Below, one piece after another: positions 28,146-38,232 of a DNA stretch of 64,000 nucleotides. Position numbers and translations under genes: made by a program. Position 1 is the stretch's first letter, and each line of letters begins with the position of its first letter. Origin of the DNA: an uncultured Planctomycetia bacterium (GTDB lineage: Bacteria; Omnitrophota; Gorgyraeia; 2-02-FULL-51-18); contig CAYSKO010000007.1 of NCBI GenBank assembly GCA_964431835.1, forward strand, positions 8,997 through 72,996. The letters are read 5' to 3'. Under the pieces are notes generated by a model that was not told the origin of the DNA, ran no database searches, and saw only the letters and a program-made list of their open reading frames with translations.

Positions 28146-29458
28146 AGGGCATCGAACCCAAGAGCATCGAATTGAAGATCAAGGACCGCTCCCTCCGCGT
28201 GGGGATCGTCGGCCTCGGATACGTCGGTCTTCCCCTGGCGGTCGCTTTCGCGAAAGCCGGTTTCGGGACCACCGGCGTCGACGTCGACCCCCGTAAAGTC
28301 CGCTCGCTGACCGGCGGTAAATCGTACGTGTTGGACGTGCCGTCGGCCGACGTGAAGGCCCTCGTTCGCTCCCGGAAGCTCCGCGCGACATCCGATTACG
28401 CAGCGCTCGCCACGGTCGACGCCGTGATCATTTGCGTGCCGACGCCGCTTTCGAAGACGAAGGAACCCGATGTCTCGTATATCGTCGACGCGACCAAACG
28501 TATCGCCCAGCGGCTGAAGAAAGGCCAGCTCATTGTGCTCGAGAGCACGACTTATCCGGGCACCACCGAAGAGGTGATGCTCCCGCTTCTCGAGCGCTCG
28601 GGACTTAAAGTGGAGCGAGACTTCTTCCTCGCGTTCTCGCCCGAGCGCGTCGATCCCGGCAACAAATCGTTCGACACGGTGTCGATCCCGAAGGTCGTCG
28701 GCGGAATCGGGCCCGCTTCGACACGCGCCGTGACGGCCCTCTACGCGTCCGTGATCCGCCGCATCGTTCCGGTGTCCTCGGCGAAGACAGCCGAGATGGT
28801 GAAGCTTCTCGAGAATACGTTCCGAAGCGTCAATATCGGGCTCATCAACGAAGTCGCGCTCATGTGCGACCGTCTCGGCATCGACGTCTGGGAAGTGATC
28901 GAGGCCGCAAAGACGAAGCCCTTTGGTTTCATGCCATTCTATCCCGGGCCGGGTCTCGGGGGGCACTGCCTTCCTATTGATCCTCTGTACCTTTCCTGGA
29001 AATCGCGCCTGCACGGCTTCGAGGCCCGGCTCATCGAGCTGGCCTCCGCGGTGAACGAATCGATGCCTCATTACGTGGTCCAGAAGGTGGCGCAGCTTCT
29101 GAACGACCGCCGCGTGCCGCTCAAGAACGCGTCGGTCCTGGTCCTCGGCGTCGCTTACAAGCGGGACGTCGACGATCTGCGTGAATCGCCGGCGCTCGAA
29201 GTGATCGGCGGTCTCGTGAAGGGTGGGGCGCGCGTTTCTTTCGCGGACCCGCACATCGCATCGCTTTCGATGGCCGGAAAGACGCTGAAGGCAAAGCCCC
29301 TCACCGCGTCGCTTCTCGCCGCTCAGGACTGTTCGGTCGTGATCACCGACCACGCGGGATTCGACTACGACCTCGTCGCAAAAAACGCGAAGCTCGTCCT
29401 CGACACCCGGAACGCGATGCGCCGCCATAAAGGCCGCTCGCACGTGCATTTTCTTTAA
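28142..29458 (+). CDS. Nucleotide-sugar dehydrogenase, UDP-N-acetyl-D-glucosamine/mannosamine 6-dehydrogenase type (WbpA/WecC/TviB family)
   Basis: GLGYVGLPLA Rossmann motif, the catalytic GPGLGGHCLPID block and a 438-aa length. Confidence 0.85.
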   Translation: MKGIEPKSIELKIKDRSLRVGIVGLGYVGLPLAVAFAKAGFGTTGVDVDPRKVRSLTGGKSYVLDVPSADVKALVRSRKLRATSDYAALATVDAVIICVPTPLSKTKEPDVSYIVDATKRIAQRLKKGQLIVLESTTYPGTTEEVMLPLLERSGLKVERDFFLAFSPERVDPGNKSFDTVSIPKVVGGIGPASTRAVTALYASVIRRIVPVSSAKTAEMVKLLENTFRSVNIGLINEVALMCDRLGIDVWEVIEAAKTKPFGFMPFYPGPGLGGHCLPIDPLYLSWKSRLHGFEARLIELASAVNESMPHYVVQKVAQLLNDRRVPLKNASVLVLGVAYKRDVDDLRESPALEVIGGLVKGGARVSFADPHIASLSMAGKTLKAKPLTASLLAAQDCSVVITDHAGFDYDLVAKNAKLVLDTRNAMRRHKGRSHVHFL

Positions 29459-29470
29459 TGGATGAAGAAT

Positions 29471-29560
29471 GGAAGGGTGTTTCGTTTATTCGATGCAGCA
29501 GAAACGTGGCATACAAGACAATGTTGTTTCCGCGTAATCGAAGAAACGAAACACCCTTCC
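29471..29560. repeat. Imperfect 24-bp inverted repeat (GGAAGGGTGTTTCGTTTATTCGAT / ATCGAAGAAACGAAACACCCTTCC, 23/24 complementary) separated by 42 bp; an AT-rich seam inside the polysaccharide cluster
   Basis: Arms at 29471-29494 and 29537-29560, read directly. Confidence 0.7.
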
Positions 29561-29561
29561 C

Positions 29562-29593
29562 ATTGAGTCATGAATAAATTGAGTCATGAATAA
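29562..29593. repeat. Perfect tandem duplication of the 16-mer ATTGAGTCATGAATAA, abutting the inverted repeat and containing the candidate start codon of the downstream gene
   Basis: Copies at 29562-29577 and 29578-29593, read directly. Confidence 0.7.
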
Positions 29594-30539
29594 GATGAAA
29601 ACACTCCTTATAACCGGCGGCGCCGGGTTCGTAGGACGGCACGCGATCGACGCGGCCCTTAAAAAAGGGTTCGCCGTCCGCGTGCTCGACAACTTCTCGA
29701 CGAGCCGCCGCGAGGCGCTCGATTCCGTGAAGCAGCGGATTAAGCTCATCGAAGGAGACATCCGCGACCCGAAGATCGCCGCGCGCGCGATGAAGGGCGT
29801 CCATGCCGTCTTTCATCTGGCGGCGATTCGCTCGGTGATGCGCTCGGTCGAGGACCCGTTCCTCGCGCACGAAGTGAACGCCACCGGCACCCTCGTGCTT
29901 CTGGAGGCGGCCCGTGCAGCGGGCGTGAAACACTTCCTTTTCGCTTCCACGAGTGCCGTGTACGGCGACACGCCGGCCCGCCGCCAGAGCGAGGCAGGGC
30001 CGCTCCGCCCGATCTCGCCCTACGGCGCCGCGAAGCTCGCCGCCGAAATGTACGCACGCCACTATTCGCTCGAGAAGGGCCTTCCAACCACCTCGATCCG
30101 CATCTTCAACGTCTACGGTCCACGCCAGAACCCGGAGTCCAAATATTCGCTCGTCGTGCCCGGCCTTCTTTCGAAGATCCTGAAAGGGGAGAGGCCGAAG
30201 ATAGACGGCACCGGAAAACAGTCGCGGGATTTCGTCTACATCGGCGACGTGCTCGAGGCGTTCTTCCGCGCCCTCGGCAACCGGAAATCCCACGGCAAGG
30301 TGTATAATGTGGGCTCTGGCCGGACGCATTCGATCAACGACCTGGCGAGTACCCTGATCCGGCTCGCGGGCTCGCGCCTCAAGCCGGAATACGGACCCCG
30401 CCGCGGGGGAGACCCGGATGTCACCTGCGCCAACGTGCGCGCGATCGGCCGCGAACTGGGCTGGCGGCCGCGAACGGGGCTCGAACGCGGACTCAAGGAA
30501 ACCACCGAATGGGCGATAAGAGAAAAAAGCGCGTTCTGA
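29586..30539 (+). CDS. NAD-dependent nucleotide-sugar epimerase (UDP-Glc/UDP-GlcNAc 4-epimerase family, WbpP-like)
   Basis: ITGGAGFVG motif and the YGAAK catalytic pair. The alternative start ATG 29595 gives MKTLLITGG. Confidence 0.85.
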   Translation: MNKMKTLLITGGAGFVGRHAIDAALKKGFAVRVLDNFSTSRREALDSVKQRIKLIEGDIRDPKIAARAMKGVHAVFHLAAIRSVMRSVEDPFLAHEVNATGTLVLLEAARAAGVKHFLFASTSAVYGDTPARRQSEAGPLRPISPYGAAKLAAEMYARHYSLEKGLPTTSIRIFNVYGPRQNPESKYSLVVPGLLSKILKGERPKIDGTGKQSRDFVYIGDVLEAFFRALGNRKSHGKVYNVGSGRTHSINDLASTLIRLAGSRLKPEYGPRRGGDPDVTCANVRAIGRELGWRPRTGLERGLKETTEWAIREKSAF

Positions 30540-31459
30540 TCACGGGCGGGGCCGGCTTCGTCGGCTCCCATCTCTGCGAGCGCTTCCTAGAGCGCGGGCA
30601 CGAGGTGATCGCACTCGACAATTTCATCACGGGAGCGCCCGAAAATGTCCGGCATCTTTCGGGCCGGCGGAATTTCTCTCTCCTTCGCCACGATATTTCG
30701 AAGCCGATCGACGTCGACGGACGGATCGACCTCCTCTTTCACTTCGCCTCCCCCGCGAGCCCTCCCGACTACCTTAAATTTCCGATCCAGACGATGAAGG
30801 TCGGCGCGCTCGGTACGCACAACGCGTTGGGCATCGCGAAGAAAAAGCGCGCGTCATTCGTGCTCGCCTCGACGAGCGAGGTGTACGGAGACCCGCTCGT
30901 GAACCCGCAGCCGGAAACCTACTGGGGGAACGTGAATCCCGTGGGGCCGCGCGGCGTCTACGACGAGGCCAAGCGCTTCGCCGAGGCGATCTCGCTCGCG
31001 TACCTGCGCGAGCACGACGTCGATGTCAAAATCGTCCGGATCTTCAACACCTACGGCGAGCGGATGCGTCCGGAAGACGGCCGTGTCATCCCGAATTTCG
31101 TCACGCAGGCGCTCTTGGGTAAGCCCTTGACCGTCTACGGCAAGGGCAACCAGACGAGGAGTTACTGCTTCGTTTCGGATCTCGTGGACGGCATCGAAAA
31201 GCTCGCGCTTTCGCGCCACCACGGTCCCGTGAACATCGGAAATCCCAACGAGACGTCGGTGCTCGAGCTTGCGAAGCTCATCATCCAACTGACCGGTTCG
31301 AAAAGCCGCATCGTTGAGCGGCCTCTCCCTGTGGACGATCCGAAGGTGCGCTGCCCCGACATCCGGCAGGCGAAAAAGCTTCTTTCCTGGAAACCGAAGG
31401 TCGATCTGGTCACCGGGCTCGGTCGCACGATCCCTTACTTCCGGCGCGCGGTGCTTTGA
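30509..31459 (+). CDS. UDP-glucuronate decarboxylase (UDP-xylose synthase, UXS-like SDR)
   Basis: [12 protein letters not shown] motif, the YDEAKR catalytic pair and the UXS blocks [10 protein letters not shown] and [11 protein letters not shown]. Confidence 0.8.
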   Translation: MGDKRKKRVLITGGAGFVGSHLCERFLERGHEVIALDNFITGAPENVRHLSGRRNFSLLRHDISKPIDVDGRIDLLFHFASPASPPDYLKFPIQTMKVGALGTHNALGIAKKKRASFVLASTSEVYGDPLVNPQPETYWGNVNPVGPRGVYDEAKRFAEAISLAYLREHDVDVKIVRIFNTYGERMRPEDGRVIPNFVTQALLGKPLTVYGKGNQTRSYCFVSDLVDGIEKLALSRHHGPVNIGNPNETSVLELAKLIIQLTGSKSRIVERPLPVDDPKVRCPDIRQAKKLLSWKPKVDLVTGLGRTIPYFRRAVL

Positions 31460-32190
31460 GCGGTTCGCCCCTTTTGTCGGTGGTGGTCCCGGCCTACCAC
31501 GAAGAAAACAAGATCGTCGAAGCCCTGCGCCGCATCGAGGCTTATCTGTCCTTAGGCGCCCGGCCTTGGGAAATCGTCGTCTGCACGGACGGATCGACCG
31601 ACGGCACCGACGCAGCGGTCCAGGCCTTCGCCGAGGCGCTTCCCGAGGGCCGCGTCCGGCTCCTCACTACTGAGGTTAATCGCGGAAAGGGCGCCGCCGT
31701 CCGCCGCGGCGTGATGGCCTCTCACGGCGAGATCGTTCTTTTCACCGACGCCGACCTTTCCGCGCCGATCAAAGAATGCGAAAAGCTGATCGCGGCGCTT
31801 TCTGAAGGTTACGACGTGGCGATCGGCTCCCGCGGGGTCCGTTCGCCCGGCGCGGACGTCAGGCAGAGCCCCCGCCGCCGACTCTCGGGCCGGGTATTCA
31901 ACGGTCTCGTCCGGAGCATCACCGGCCTCAAGTTCAGCGACACGCAGTGCGGTTTTAAGGCGTTCAAGCGCGAGGCCGCGCGCGAGCTCTTCGGCGAGCA
32001 GAAGATCGATGGGTTCGCGTTTGACGTTGAAATCCTTTGCCTGGCCCGGACGAAGGGTTTACGCGTGAAGGAAGTGCCGGTCATGTGGAGCGAGGGCCTG
32101 GACTCCAAAATCCGCCTCGGCGCGGATTCCTGCGCAATGGCCCGCGAACTCTTCCGTATCCGACGGCTCCACCCCGAGGGGGCACGCTAA
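31456..32190 (+). CDS. Family-2 glycosyltransferase, polyprenyl-phosphate hexose/pentose transferase type (DPM1/ArnC-like)
   Basis: [19 protein letters not shown] and the DAD motif (TDADLS). Confidence 0.8.
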   Translation: MSGSPLLSVVVPAYHEENKIVEALRRIEAYLSLGARPWEIVVCTDGSTDGTDAAVQAFAEALPEGRVRLLTTEVNRGKGAAVRRGVMASHGEIVLFTDADLSAPIKECEKLIAALSEGYDVAIGSRGVRSPGADVRQSPRRRLSGRVFNGLVRSITGLKFSDTQCGFKAFKREAARELFGEQKIDGFAFDVEILCLARTKGLRVKEVPVMWSEGLDSKIRLGADSCAMARELFRIRRLHPEGAR

Positions 32191-32217
32191 AAAAACGTGC
32201 GCTTCTGCCGAAAGCCC

Positions 32218-32247
32218 TCGACAACGCGCGCGTCGGCGCGATAAAAT
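32218..32247 (+). promoter_or_regulatory. Candidate sigma-70 promoter TCGACA-18 nt-TAAAAT upstream of the small His-rich protein gene
   Basis: Hexamers read directly. SD AAGGAG sits before the ATG at 32289. Confidence 0.3.
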
Positions 32248-32288
32248 CTAAGGGTAGGCTTTTTTACAAACCACAAGGAGATGTCTCA

Positions 32289-32585
32289 ATGAAGAAGATT
32301 CTCGTTTGGACCGCGATCGGCCTGTTTGCGGCCGCCTCGAATGCCGCCGCTGGCGACGCCTGCTGCGGAACGTCCTCGCCCGAAGAAATGAAGCAGTCCG
32401 CCCAGACGGTGGACGACGCCGCCAAAGCGCTTGAAGGCACCAACCCCGAGCTCGCAGCCAAACTCAAAAAGATCGCCGCGCACAAGCGTGAGCACGGTGA
32501 AGGCAAGGCGGAGCACGGTGAAGGCAAGGCGGCGCACGGGCACGGGCAAGAGCATCCCGCCGGCGGCTCGGAGCACCCGGCTTAA
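32289..32585 (+). CDS. Small secreted His-rich protein (signal peptide, CC motif, tandem EHGEGKA repeats), putative metal-binding
   Basis: Strong SD, an Sec-type signal peptide (MKKILVWTAIGLFAAASNAAA), a perfect 21-bp tandem repeat at 32489-32530 and a terminator immediately downstream. Confidence 0.6.
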   Translation: MKKILVWTAIGLFAAASNAAAGDACCGTSSPEEMKQSAQTVDDAAKALEGTNPELAAKLKKIAAHKREHGEGKAEHGEGKAAHGHGQEHPAGGSEHPA

Positions 32586-32612
32586 ACCAAGAAAAAAAGT
32601 CGGTCAGTTGAA

Positions 32613-32658
32613 CGGAGCGGGAGGCCGGTAGGCCGTCCCGCTCCGGTTTCGTTTTTTT
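32613..32658 (+). terminator. Rho-independent terminator (10-bp GC-rich stem CGGAGCGGGA/TCCCGCTCCG, then TTTCGTTTTTTT)
   Basis: Read directly. Confidence 0.75.
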
Positions 32659-32679
32659 CGCGAGAACGGGTTCCTTATA

Positions 32680-34890
32680 ATGACAGATTTCCACGCATTG
32701 ATTACCTCGGGGCTTTTCCTCCCGATTCTCTTCGCCGCGGGCACCGCCCGTGCCGGTGAAGCGCATCGTCATACTAACCGCCTGGCTTCCGAAAAGAGCC
32801 CCTACCTCCTACAGCACGCCCACAATCCGGTCGACTGGTATCCTTGGGGCGACGAAGCTTTCGAGAAGGCCCGTCGCGAAGACAAGCCGGTGTTCCTTTC
32901 GATCGGGTACTCGACTTGCCACTGGTGCCACGTGATGGAGGAGGAATCCTTCGAGGACGAAACCACCGCCGCGCTTCTCAATGACCGCTTCGTCTCGATC
33001 AAAGTGGACCGTGAGGAACGCCCCGACATCGACGGCGTCTACATGAACTACGTGATGGCCACGACGGGAAGCGGCGGCTGGCCGATGAGCGTGTTCTTGA
33101 CTCCCGACCGGAAACCCTTTTACGGCGGTACGTATTTCCCGCCGGAAGACCGCTACGGCATGCCTGGCTTCAAGAGCCTTCTGAAAGAACTCGCCGACGC
33201 CTGGAAGACGCGTCGCTCTGAGATCGTCGAATCCGCTGATTCTGCCGCCGCTTTCTTGGGTGCTCGCCGTCAAAAGGGTGAAGCGAAGGTGCTCGGAGAG
33301 GAGACGCTCGCGGCCGGTTATACCCGGTTCGAGCGCATCTTCGACGACGCACATGGCGGCTTCGGCCGCGCCCCGAAGTTTCCGCGTAGCCACGTTCTTT
33401 CGTTCATTCTCCGCCAGGGCCGCCGCTCGGGCGAGCCGCGTGCTCTCGAGATCGTAGAAAAGACGCTGAAAGGCATGGCCGGCGGCGGTATGTACGACCG
33501 CCTGGGCGGGGGCTTCCACCGCTATTCGGTGGACGGACAGTGGCGCATCCCGCATTTCGAGAAGATGCTTTACGACCAGGCGCTTCTGGTGGCGACCTAC
33601 GTCGAAGCGTATCAGGCGACGGGGGACGCTTTCTACGCCCGGATCGCCCGCGAGACGCTCGATTACGTCCTCCGCGAGATGACGTCCCCCGAGGGCGGCT
33701 TCTACTCGGCGCAGGATGCCGACAGCGAGGACCCTCATGTCGCCGGAAAGAAGCGCGAAGGCGCTTTCTTCGTCTGGAAGAAGGAAGAGATCGAAAAAAT
33801 TCTTGGTGCCGAAAACGCGAAACTCGCGGTATTTCGCTACGGGGTCGAGCCGGCTGGCAACGCGCTTTCCGATCCGCACAACGAATTCAAGGAACAGAAC
33901 GTTCTCTACGACGCGCGCACGCTTGAGGCGACCGCCTCCGAATTCGGCCTGAAAGCGGAAGAGGCGGTCCGGCGGTTCGAGGGGATCGACCGCGCGCTCT
34001 TCGATGCGCGGAAGAAACGCCCGGCGCCCTATTTGGACGACAAAGTTCTCGCCGACTGGAACGGCCTCATGATCGCCGCTTTCGCGCGCGCGGGCCGTGC
34101 TCTGGACGAGCCGCGTTACGTGGAGGCCGCCGCGCGGGCCGCCTCATTCGCGAAAACGGGCCTCACGCGACCGGACGGAACGCTCTACCACCGCTGGCGC
34201 GGCGGGGAAGCGGGAATCCCGGGAAATTTGAACGACTACGCGTCGCAGATCGAAGGGCGCCTCGCTCTCTACGAAGCGACGTTCGACGAGGCGCACCTGA
34301 CCGAAGCGCTCCGGTTGGCCGATATCCTCGTCCGGCTTTTTCACGACGAGGAGGACGGCGGTTTTTACCTGACCGCCGCGGACGCCGGTGCTCCGATCGC
34401 GCGTTTGAAGGAATCGCACGACGGCGCCGTGCCGTCCGGCAACTCGGTGGCCGCGCTCGCGTTCGTTCGGCTCGAACGCATCACGGCCGACCGCAAGTGG
34501 CGCGACCTTTCCGACCGCACGCTCGAGGCGCTTTCCGCCGACGTCGCCGCTGAACCCACGTCTCTACCTTACCTTCTCATGGCGCTCGACTACGCGATTG
34601 GCCCGTCCGCCGAAGTTGTGCTCGCCGGCCGTGCCGACGACCCGGCGCTCGCGGCGTTCACGAAGGCGGTGTTTGGCGCATTCGCGCCGAACAAGGTCGT
34701 CCTCTTCCACAAGGAAGGGCAGGGCGCCGCGCTCGAGAAGATCGCCCCGTACGTGAAGGATCAGACCGCACTGGAAGGCCGGATGACCGCCTACGTCTGT
34801 CGCGACCACGTCTGCGGGTTGCCTACCGCGGACCCGGCCGCCGCCGCGAAAGCTTTGGAACCGACGAAACCGCAAGTCACGAAAGCCTAA
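32680..34890 (+). CDS. Thioredoxin-domain protein of the DUF255/YyaL family (N-terminal thioredoxin-like domain plus a six-hairpin glycosidase-like domain)
   Basis: Signal-like N-terminus, the conserved CHWCHVM motif and a 736-aa length. Confidence 0.8.
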   Translation: MTDFHALITSGLFLPILFAAGTARAGEAHRHTNRLASEKSPYLLQHAHNPVDWYPWGDEAFEKARREDKPVFLSIGYSTCHWCHVMEEESFEDETTAALLNDRFVSIKVDREERPDIDGVYMNYVMATTGSGGWPMSVFLTPDRKPFYGGTYFPPEDRYGMPGFKSLLKELADAWKTRRSEIVESADSAAAFLGARRQKGEAKVLGEETLAAGYTRFERIFDDAHGGFGRAPKFPRSHVLSFILRQGRRSGEPRALEIVEKTLKGMAGGGMYDRLGGGFHRYSVDGQWRIPHFEKMLYDQALLVATYVEAYQATGDAFYARIARETLDYVLREMTSPEGGFYSAQDADSEDPHVAGKKREGAFFVWKKEEIEKILGAENAKLAVFRYGVEPAGNALSDPHNEFKEQNVLYDARTLEATASEFGLKAEEAVRRFEGIDRALFDARKKRPAPYLDDKVLADWNGLMIAAFARAGRALDEPRYVEAAARAASFAKTGLTRPDGTLYHRWRGGEAGIPGNLNDYASQIEGRLALYEATFDEAHLTEALRLADILVRLFHDEEDGGFYLTAADAGAPIARLKESHDGAVPSGNSVAALAFVRLERITADRKWRDLSDRTLEALSADVAAEPTSLPYLLMALDYAIGPSAEVVLAGRADDPALAAFTKAVFGAFAPNKVVLFHKEGQGAALEKIAPYVKDQTALEGRMTAYVCRDHVCGLPTADPAAAAKALEPTKPQVTKA

Positions 34891-34904
34891 AAAAGGAAAA
34901 AGGC

Positions 34905-36026
34905 ATGACGCCCACGCCGCAAACCGTCGTCGAGAACCCCGTGAAACAGATCCTGCGTCACGGGCAGAGCATCTGGTACGACGGGCTGATCGAGATCAAA
35001 CATTTCGAGACGATGATCCGCGAGGACGGGATCCGCGGCGCGACCACGAACCCCGCGATCTTCGAGAAGGCGCTCTCGCACCACGAATACGACGCCGAGA
35101 TCGCGCGCCTGGCGCAGACCGAGACGCCGGAGGAGATCTGGAAGACGCTCTCCGTGCGTGCGGTCCAGCAGGTGTCCGACGCGTTCGCGGGCGTGTTCCG
35201 CGATTCGCGCGGCGAGGACGGATACGTGTCGATCGAGGTGAGCCCACTTCTGGCGCGCGACACCGCGGGCACGATCGAGGAAGGACGCTTTCTTTGGAAG
35301 GCCGTCTCGCGGCCGAACGCGATGATCAAGGTGCCGGCCACGAAGGAAGGCCTGCCCGCGATCAAGGCGCTCACGGCCGACGGAATCAACGTGAACGTGA
35401 CGCTCATTTTCTCGCTGACGCGCTACCGCGAGGTGATGGACGCCTATCTTTCGGGGCTCGAAGAACGCCTGAAGGCCGGTAAGCCGCTGACGGGCATCGC
35501 GTCAGTGGCGAGCTTCTTCGTGTCGCGCGTCGACACGGCGGTGGACAAGGAAATCGACACGCGTCTGGCGTCCGCTTCCGAGGCCGAGAAGCACGTGCTG
35601 CGGTCTTTGATCGGCAGGATTGGGATCGACAATTCGAAGGCGGCCTACCGGGAATTTGAAACCGTCTTCTCGGGGGAGCGTTTCCGCAAACTGGAGTCCG
35701 CCGGCGCGCAGGCGCAGCGTCCTCTGTGGGCGAGCACCGGTACGAAGAACCCCGCGTACTCCGACACGCTTTACGTCGAGGCCCTGATGGGTCCGCGCAC
35801 GGTCAACACCGTGCCGCCGCCCACGCTCGACGCGTTCCGCGACCACGGAAAGGCGGGCTCGCGGCTCAAAGAAGGAACCGACGAGGCACTCGCGCGGATG
35901 ACCGCGCTCGGCGCCGCCGGAATCGATTTGGACCGCATCACCGACGCCTTGGAAAAGGCCGGCGTCGAATCGTTCGCGGATTCTTACAGGAAGATCATCC
36001 AGAGCATAGGAGCTAAAAAATCATGA
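34905..36026 (+). CDS. tal: Transaldolase
   Basis: GQSIWYDGL and GATTNPAIF motifs and the Schiff-base lysine block (MIKVPAT). Confidence 0.9.
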   Translation: MTPTPQTVVENPVKQILRHGQSIWYDGLIEIKHFETMIREDGIRGATTNPAIFEKALSHHEYDAEIARLAQTETPEEIWKTLSVRAVQQVSDAFAGVFRDSRGEDGYVSIEVSPLLARDTAGTIEEGRFLWKAVSRPNAMIKVPATKEGLPAIKALTADGINVNVTLIFSLTRYREVMDAYLSGLEERLKAGKPLTGIASVASFFVSRVDTAVDKEIDTRLASASEAEKHVLRSLIGRIGIDNSKAAYREFETVFSGERFRKLESAGAQAQRPLWASTGTKNPAYSDTLYVEALMGPRTVNTVPPPTLDAFRDHGKAGSRLKEGTDEALARMTALGAAGIDLDRITDALEKAGVESFADSYRKIIQSIGAKKS

Positions 36027-37696
36027 ACCGATCCGAATTCGCCGCGAAAGCGGCCTGGGGTACCTACGGCGAGGCGATCGCCGAATGGACCGGCAAACTC
36101 GACCGCCAGTCTGTCGTGAAACGCATCTGGGACAAAGACGCTACACTTTGGAAGAAGGAAGCGGCCGCGCAAGCCGAGATCAAGAACCGCCTGGGCTGGC
36201 TCGCGGCCGTCGCCGGTTCGAAGAAGTCCGCGCGCGAGTGGACGTCGTTCGCCGACGAGGTCAAAGCCTCCGGCGTCGAGCACGTGGTTTTGCTGGGCAT
36301 GGGCGGCTCGAGCCTCGCGCCCGAGGTCTTTCAGCGCACGTTCGGCAACGCCGCGGGATTCCCGGCGCTGACCGTGCTCGACTCGACCGACCCGGCGCGC
36401 GTCGCCGACGTCGAAAAGGCCATCGATCTCGAAAAGACGCTCTTCGTGGTTTCGTCGAAATCGGGCGGCACGATCGAGCTTCTTTCGTTCTTCAAGTATT
36501 TCCACGCCAAGGTGAAGTCGGGGGACCGCTTCATCGCGATCACCGATCCGGGCACGCCGCTCGTCGAGCTCGCGAAGCAGCACAACTTCCGCCGGGTGTT
36601 TTTGGCGCCCGAGGACGTGGGCGGCCGTTTCTCGGCGCTCACGTGCTTCGGTCTCGTTCCGGCGGCGCTCATCGGCGTCGATCTCGGCAAAGTGCTCGAA
36701 GGCGCGGAGCGGATGGTTTCGGCGTGCTCGCCCGAGAGCGCCGCGGAATCGAATCCCGCGGCGGCGCTCGGCGTGGGCATGGCGGTGCTCGCCGAAAGCG
36801 GACTCGACAAACTCACGATCCTCGCGCCCCAAGCCCTCGAATCGTTCGGCGATTGGGCCGAACAGCTCGTCGGCGAATCGACCGGCAAGGAAGGTTCGGG
36901 CGTTGTCCCGATCGTCGCCGAGCCTGTGGCCGAGGTTGCAAAGTACGGAGAAGACCGCTTCTTCGTCGCGCTGCGCCTCGCGTCCGAACCGGACGAAGCG
37001 TTCGATAAGCGCGTCGCGGCCCTCGAGAAGGCTGGTCGCCCGGTGCTCTCGCTCACGCTCGCGGACCGTTCCGATATTGGCGCGGAGTTTTTCCGCTGGG
37101 AGTTCGCGACCGCGCTCGCGTGCGCGCTTCTCAAGATCAACCCGTTCGACCAGCCGGACGTGCAGTCCACGAAGGACCGCACGAAGGCTCTTTTAAGGAA
37201 GCTCGAGGATGGCGGAGAGATCCCGCTCCGCGAATCCTCGGTGCCGCTCGACGCGTTCTGGGAGAACGCCGAGCCGGGCGATTACGCGGCAATCCTCGCG
37301 TTCGTGCCCGACCGCGAACCGCTCCGGAAGAAGCTCGTCGCCCTCCAAAAGGAGATCCGCGACCGGACGAAGCTTGCGGTGACGCTGGGCTTCGGCCCGC
37401 GCTACCTCCACTCGACCGGCCAGCTCCACAAGGGCGGCCCCAAGACGGGAGTGTTCTTCCTTATCACCGCGGCGCCGTCGGAAGATATCCCGGTGCCCGG
37501 CGAGAAGTACACGTTCGGGCAGCTCGAACTCGCGCAAGCGATGGGCGACTTCGAGGCGCTCGAGACGAAGGGCCGGTGGCTCTTCCACGTGCGGCTCGAT
37601 TCCCCGACCGAAGAGGCGCTCGGAAAGCTCCATAAAGACGTCACGGCCGCGCTGAAAGCGGGCGCCGCTCACGAGAAGGAGCTGTCCAACTACTGA
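36023..37696 (+). CDS. pgi: Glucose-6-phosphate isomerase (the bacterial type usually paired with transaldolase)
   Basis: SIS-domain blocks (VLLGMGGSSLAPEV, VVSSKSGGT) and the C-terminal PGI fold. ATGA overlap with tal. Confidence 0.85.
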   Translation: MNRSEFAAKAAWGTYGEAIAEWTGKLDRQSVVKRIWDKDATLWKKEAAAQAEIKNRLGWLAAVAGSKKSAREWTSFADEVKASGVEHVVLLGMGGSSLAPEVFQRTFGNAAGFPALTVLDSTDPARVADVEKAIDLEKTLFVVSSKSGGTIELLSFFKYFHAKVKSGDRFIAITDPGTPLVELAKQHNFRRVFLAPEDVGGRFSALTCFGLVPAALIGVDLGKVLEGAERMVSACSPESAAESNPAAALGVGMAVLAESGLDKLTILAPQALESFGDWAEQLVGESTGKEGSGVVPIVAEPVAEVAKYGEDRFFVALRLASEPDEAFDKRVAALEKAGRPVLSLTLADRSDIGAEFFRWEFATALACALLKINPFDQPDVQSTKDRTKALLRKLEDGGEIPLRESSVPLDAFWENAEPGDYAAILAFVPDREPLRKKLVALQKEIRDRTKLAVTLGFGPRYLHSTGQLHKGGPKTGVFFLITAAPSEDIPVPGEKYTFGQLELAQAMGDFEALETKGRWLFHVRLDSPTEEALGKLHKDVTAALKAGAAHEKELSNY

Positions 37697-38232
37697 TGAA
37701 ATTCGCGGAGACGGCGATACCGGGCGTGTTCGTGGTCGAACCGTCGGTTTTCTGGGACCAGCGCGGCTTCTTCTACGAGTGGTACAGGAAGGATCTCTTC
37801 GCGGCTCAGGGGATCGGGACGGAGTTCGTGCAGGACAATCACAGCTGCTCCTCGCGGGCGACGCTGCGAGGCCTTCATTTCCAGGCCGCGCCGTTTGCGC
37901 AGGCGAAGCTCGTGCGTGTCACGCGCGGCGAGGCGTTCGACGTCGTCGTCGACGTCCGTAAGGACTCGCCGACCTTCGGCAAGCACGTGACCGAAACCCT
38001 CAATCCGGAGAACAAGAAAATGCTCTACGTACCCGCCGGTTTCGCGCACGGATTCCTCGCGCTCAAAGAGGACACCGAGTTCGAGTACAAGGTGTCGGCG
38101 CCCTATTCGCCCACGCACGAGCGGGGGATCGCCTGGAACGACGCGTCGCTCGGTATCCGCTGGCCCCAGCTCGACGAACCGTACCGCGTTTCCGCCAAAG
38201 ATTCCCAGAACGCGGCATTGTCTTCGCTATGA
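37696..38232 (+). CDS. rfbC: dTDP-4-dehydrorhamnose 3,5-epimerase
   Basis: RmlC cupin blocks (DQRGFFYE, RGLHFQ, GFAHGF). 178 aa. Confidence 0.9.
   Translation: MKFAETAIPGVFVVEPSVFWDQRGFFYEWYRKDLFAAQGIGTEFVQDNHSCSSRATLRGLHFQAAPFAQAKLVRVTRGEAFDVVVDVRKDSPTFGKHVTETLNPENKKMLYVPAGFAHGFLALKEDTEFEYKVSAPYSPTHERGIAWNDASLGIRWPQLDEPYRVSAKDSQNAALSSL

Noticed and set aside
36085-37008. 307-aa + ORF inside pgi in another frame, and similar internal alternative-frame ORFs in hflX (5167-6126) and gatB (41473-42732)
   Set aside because: Arg/Gly/Pro-rich translations typical of GC-rich off-frames, fully nested in well-supported genes.
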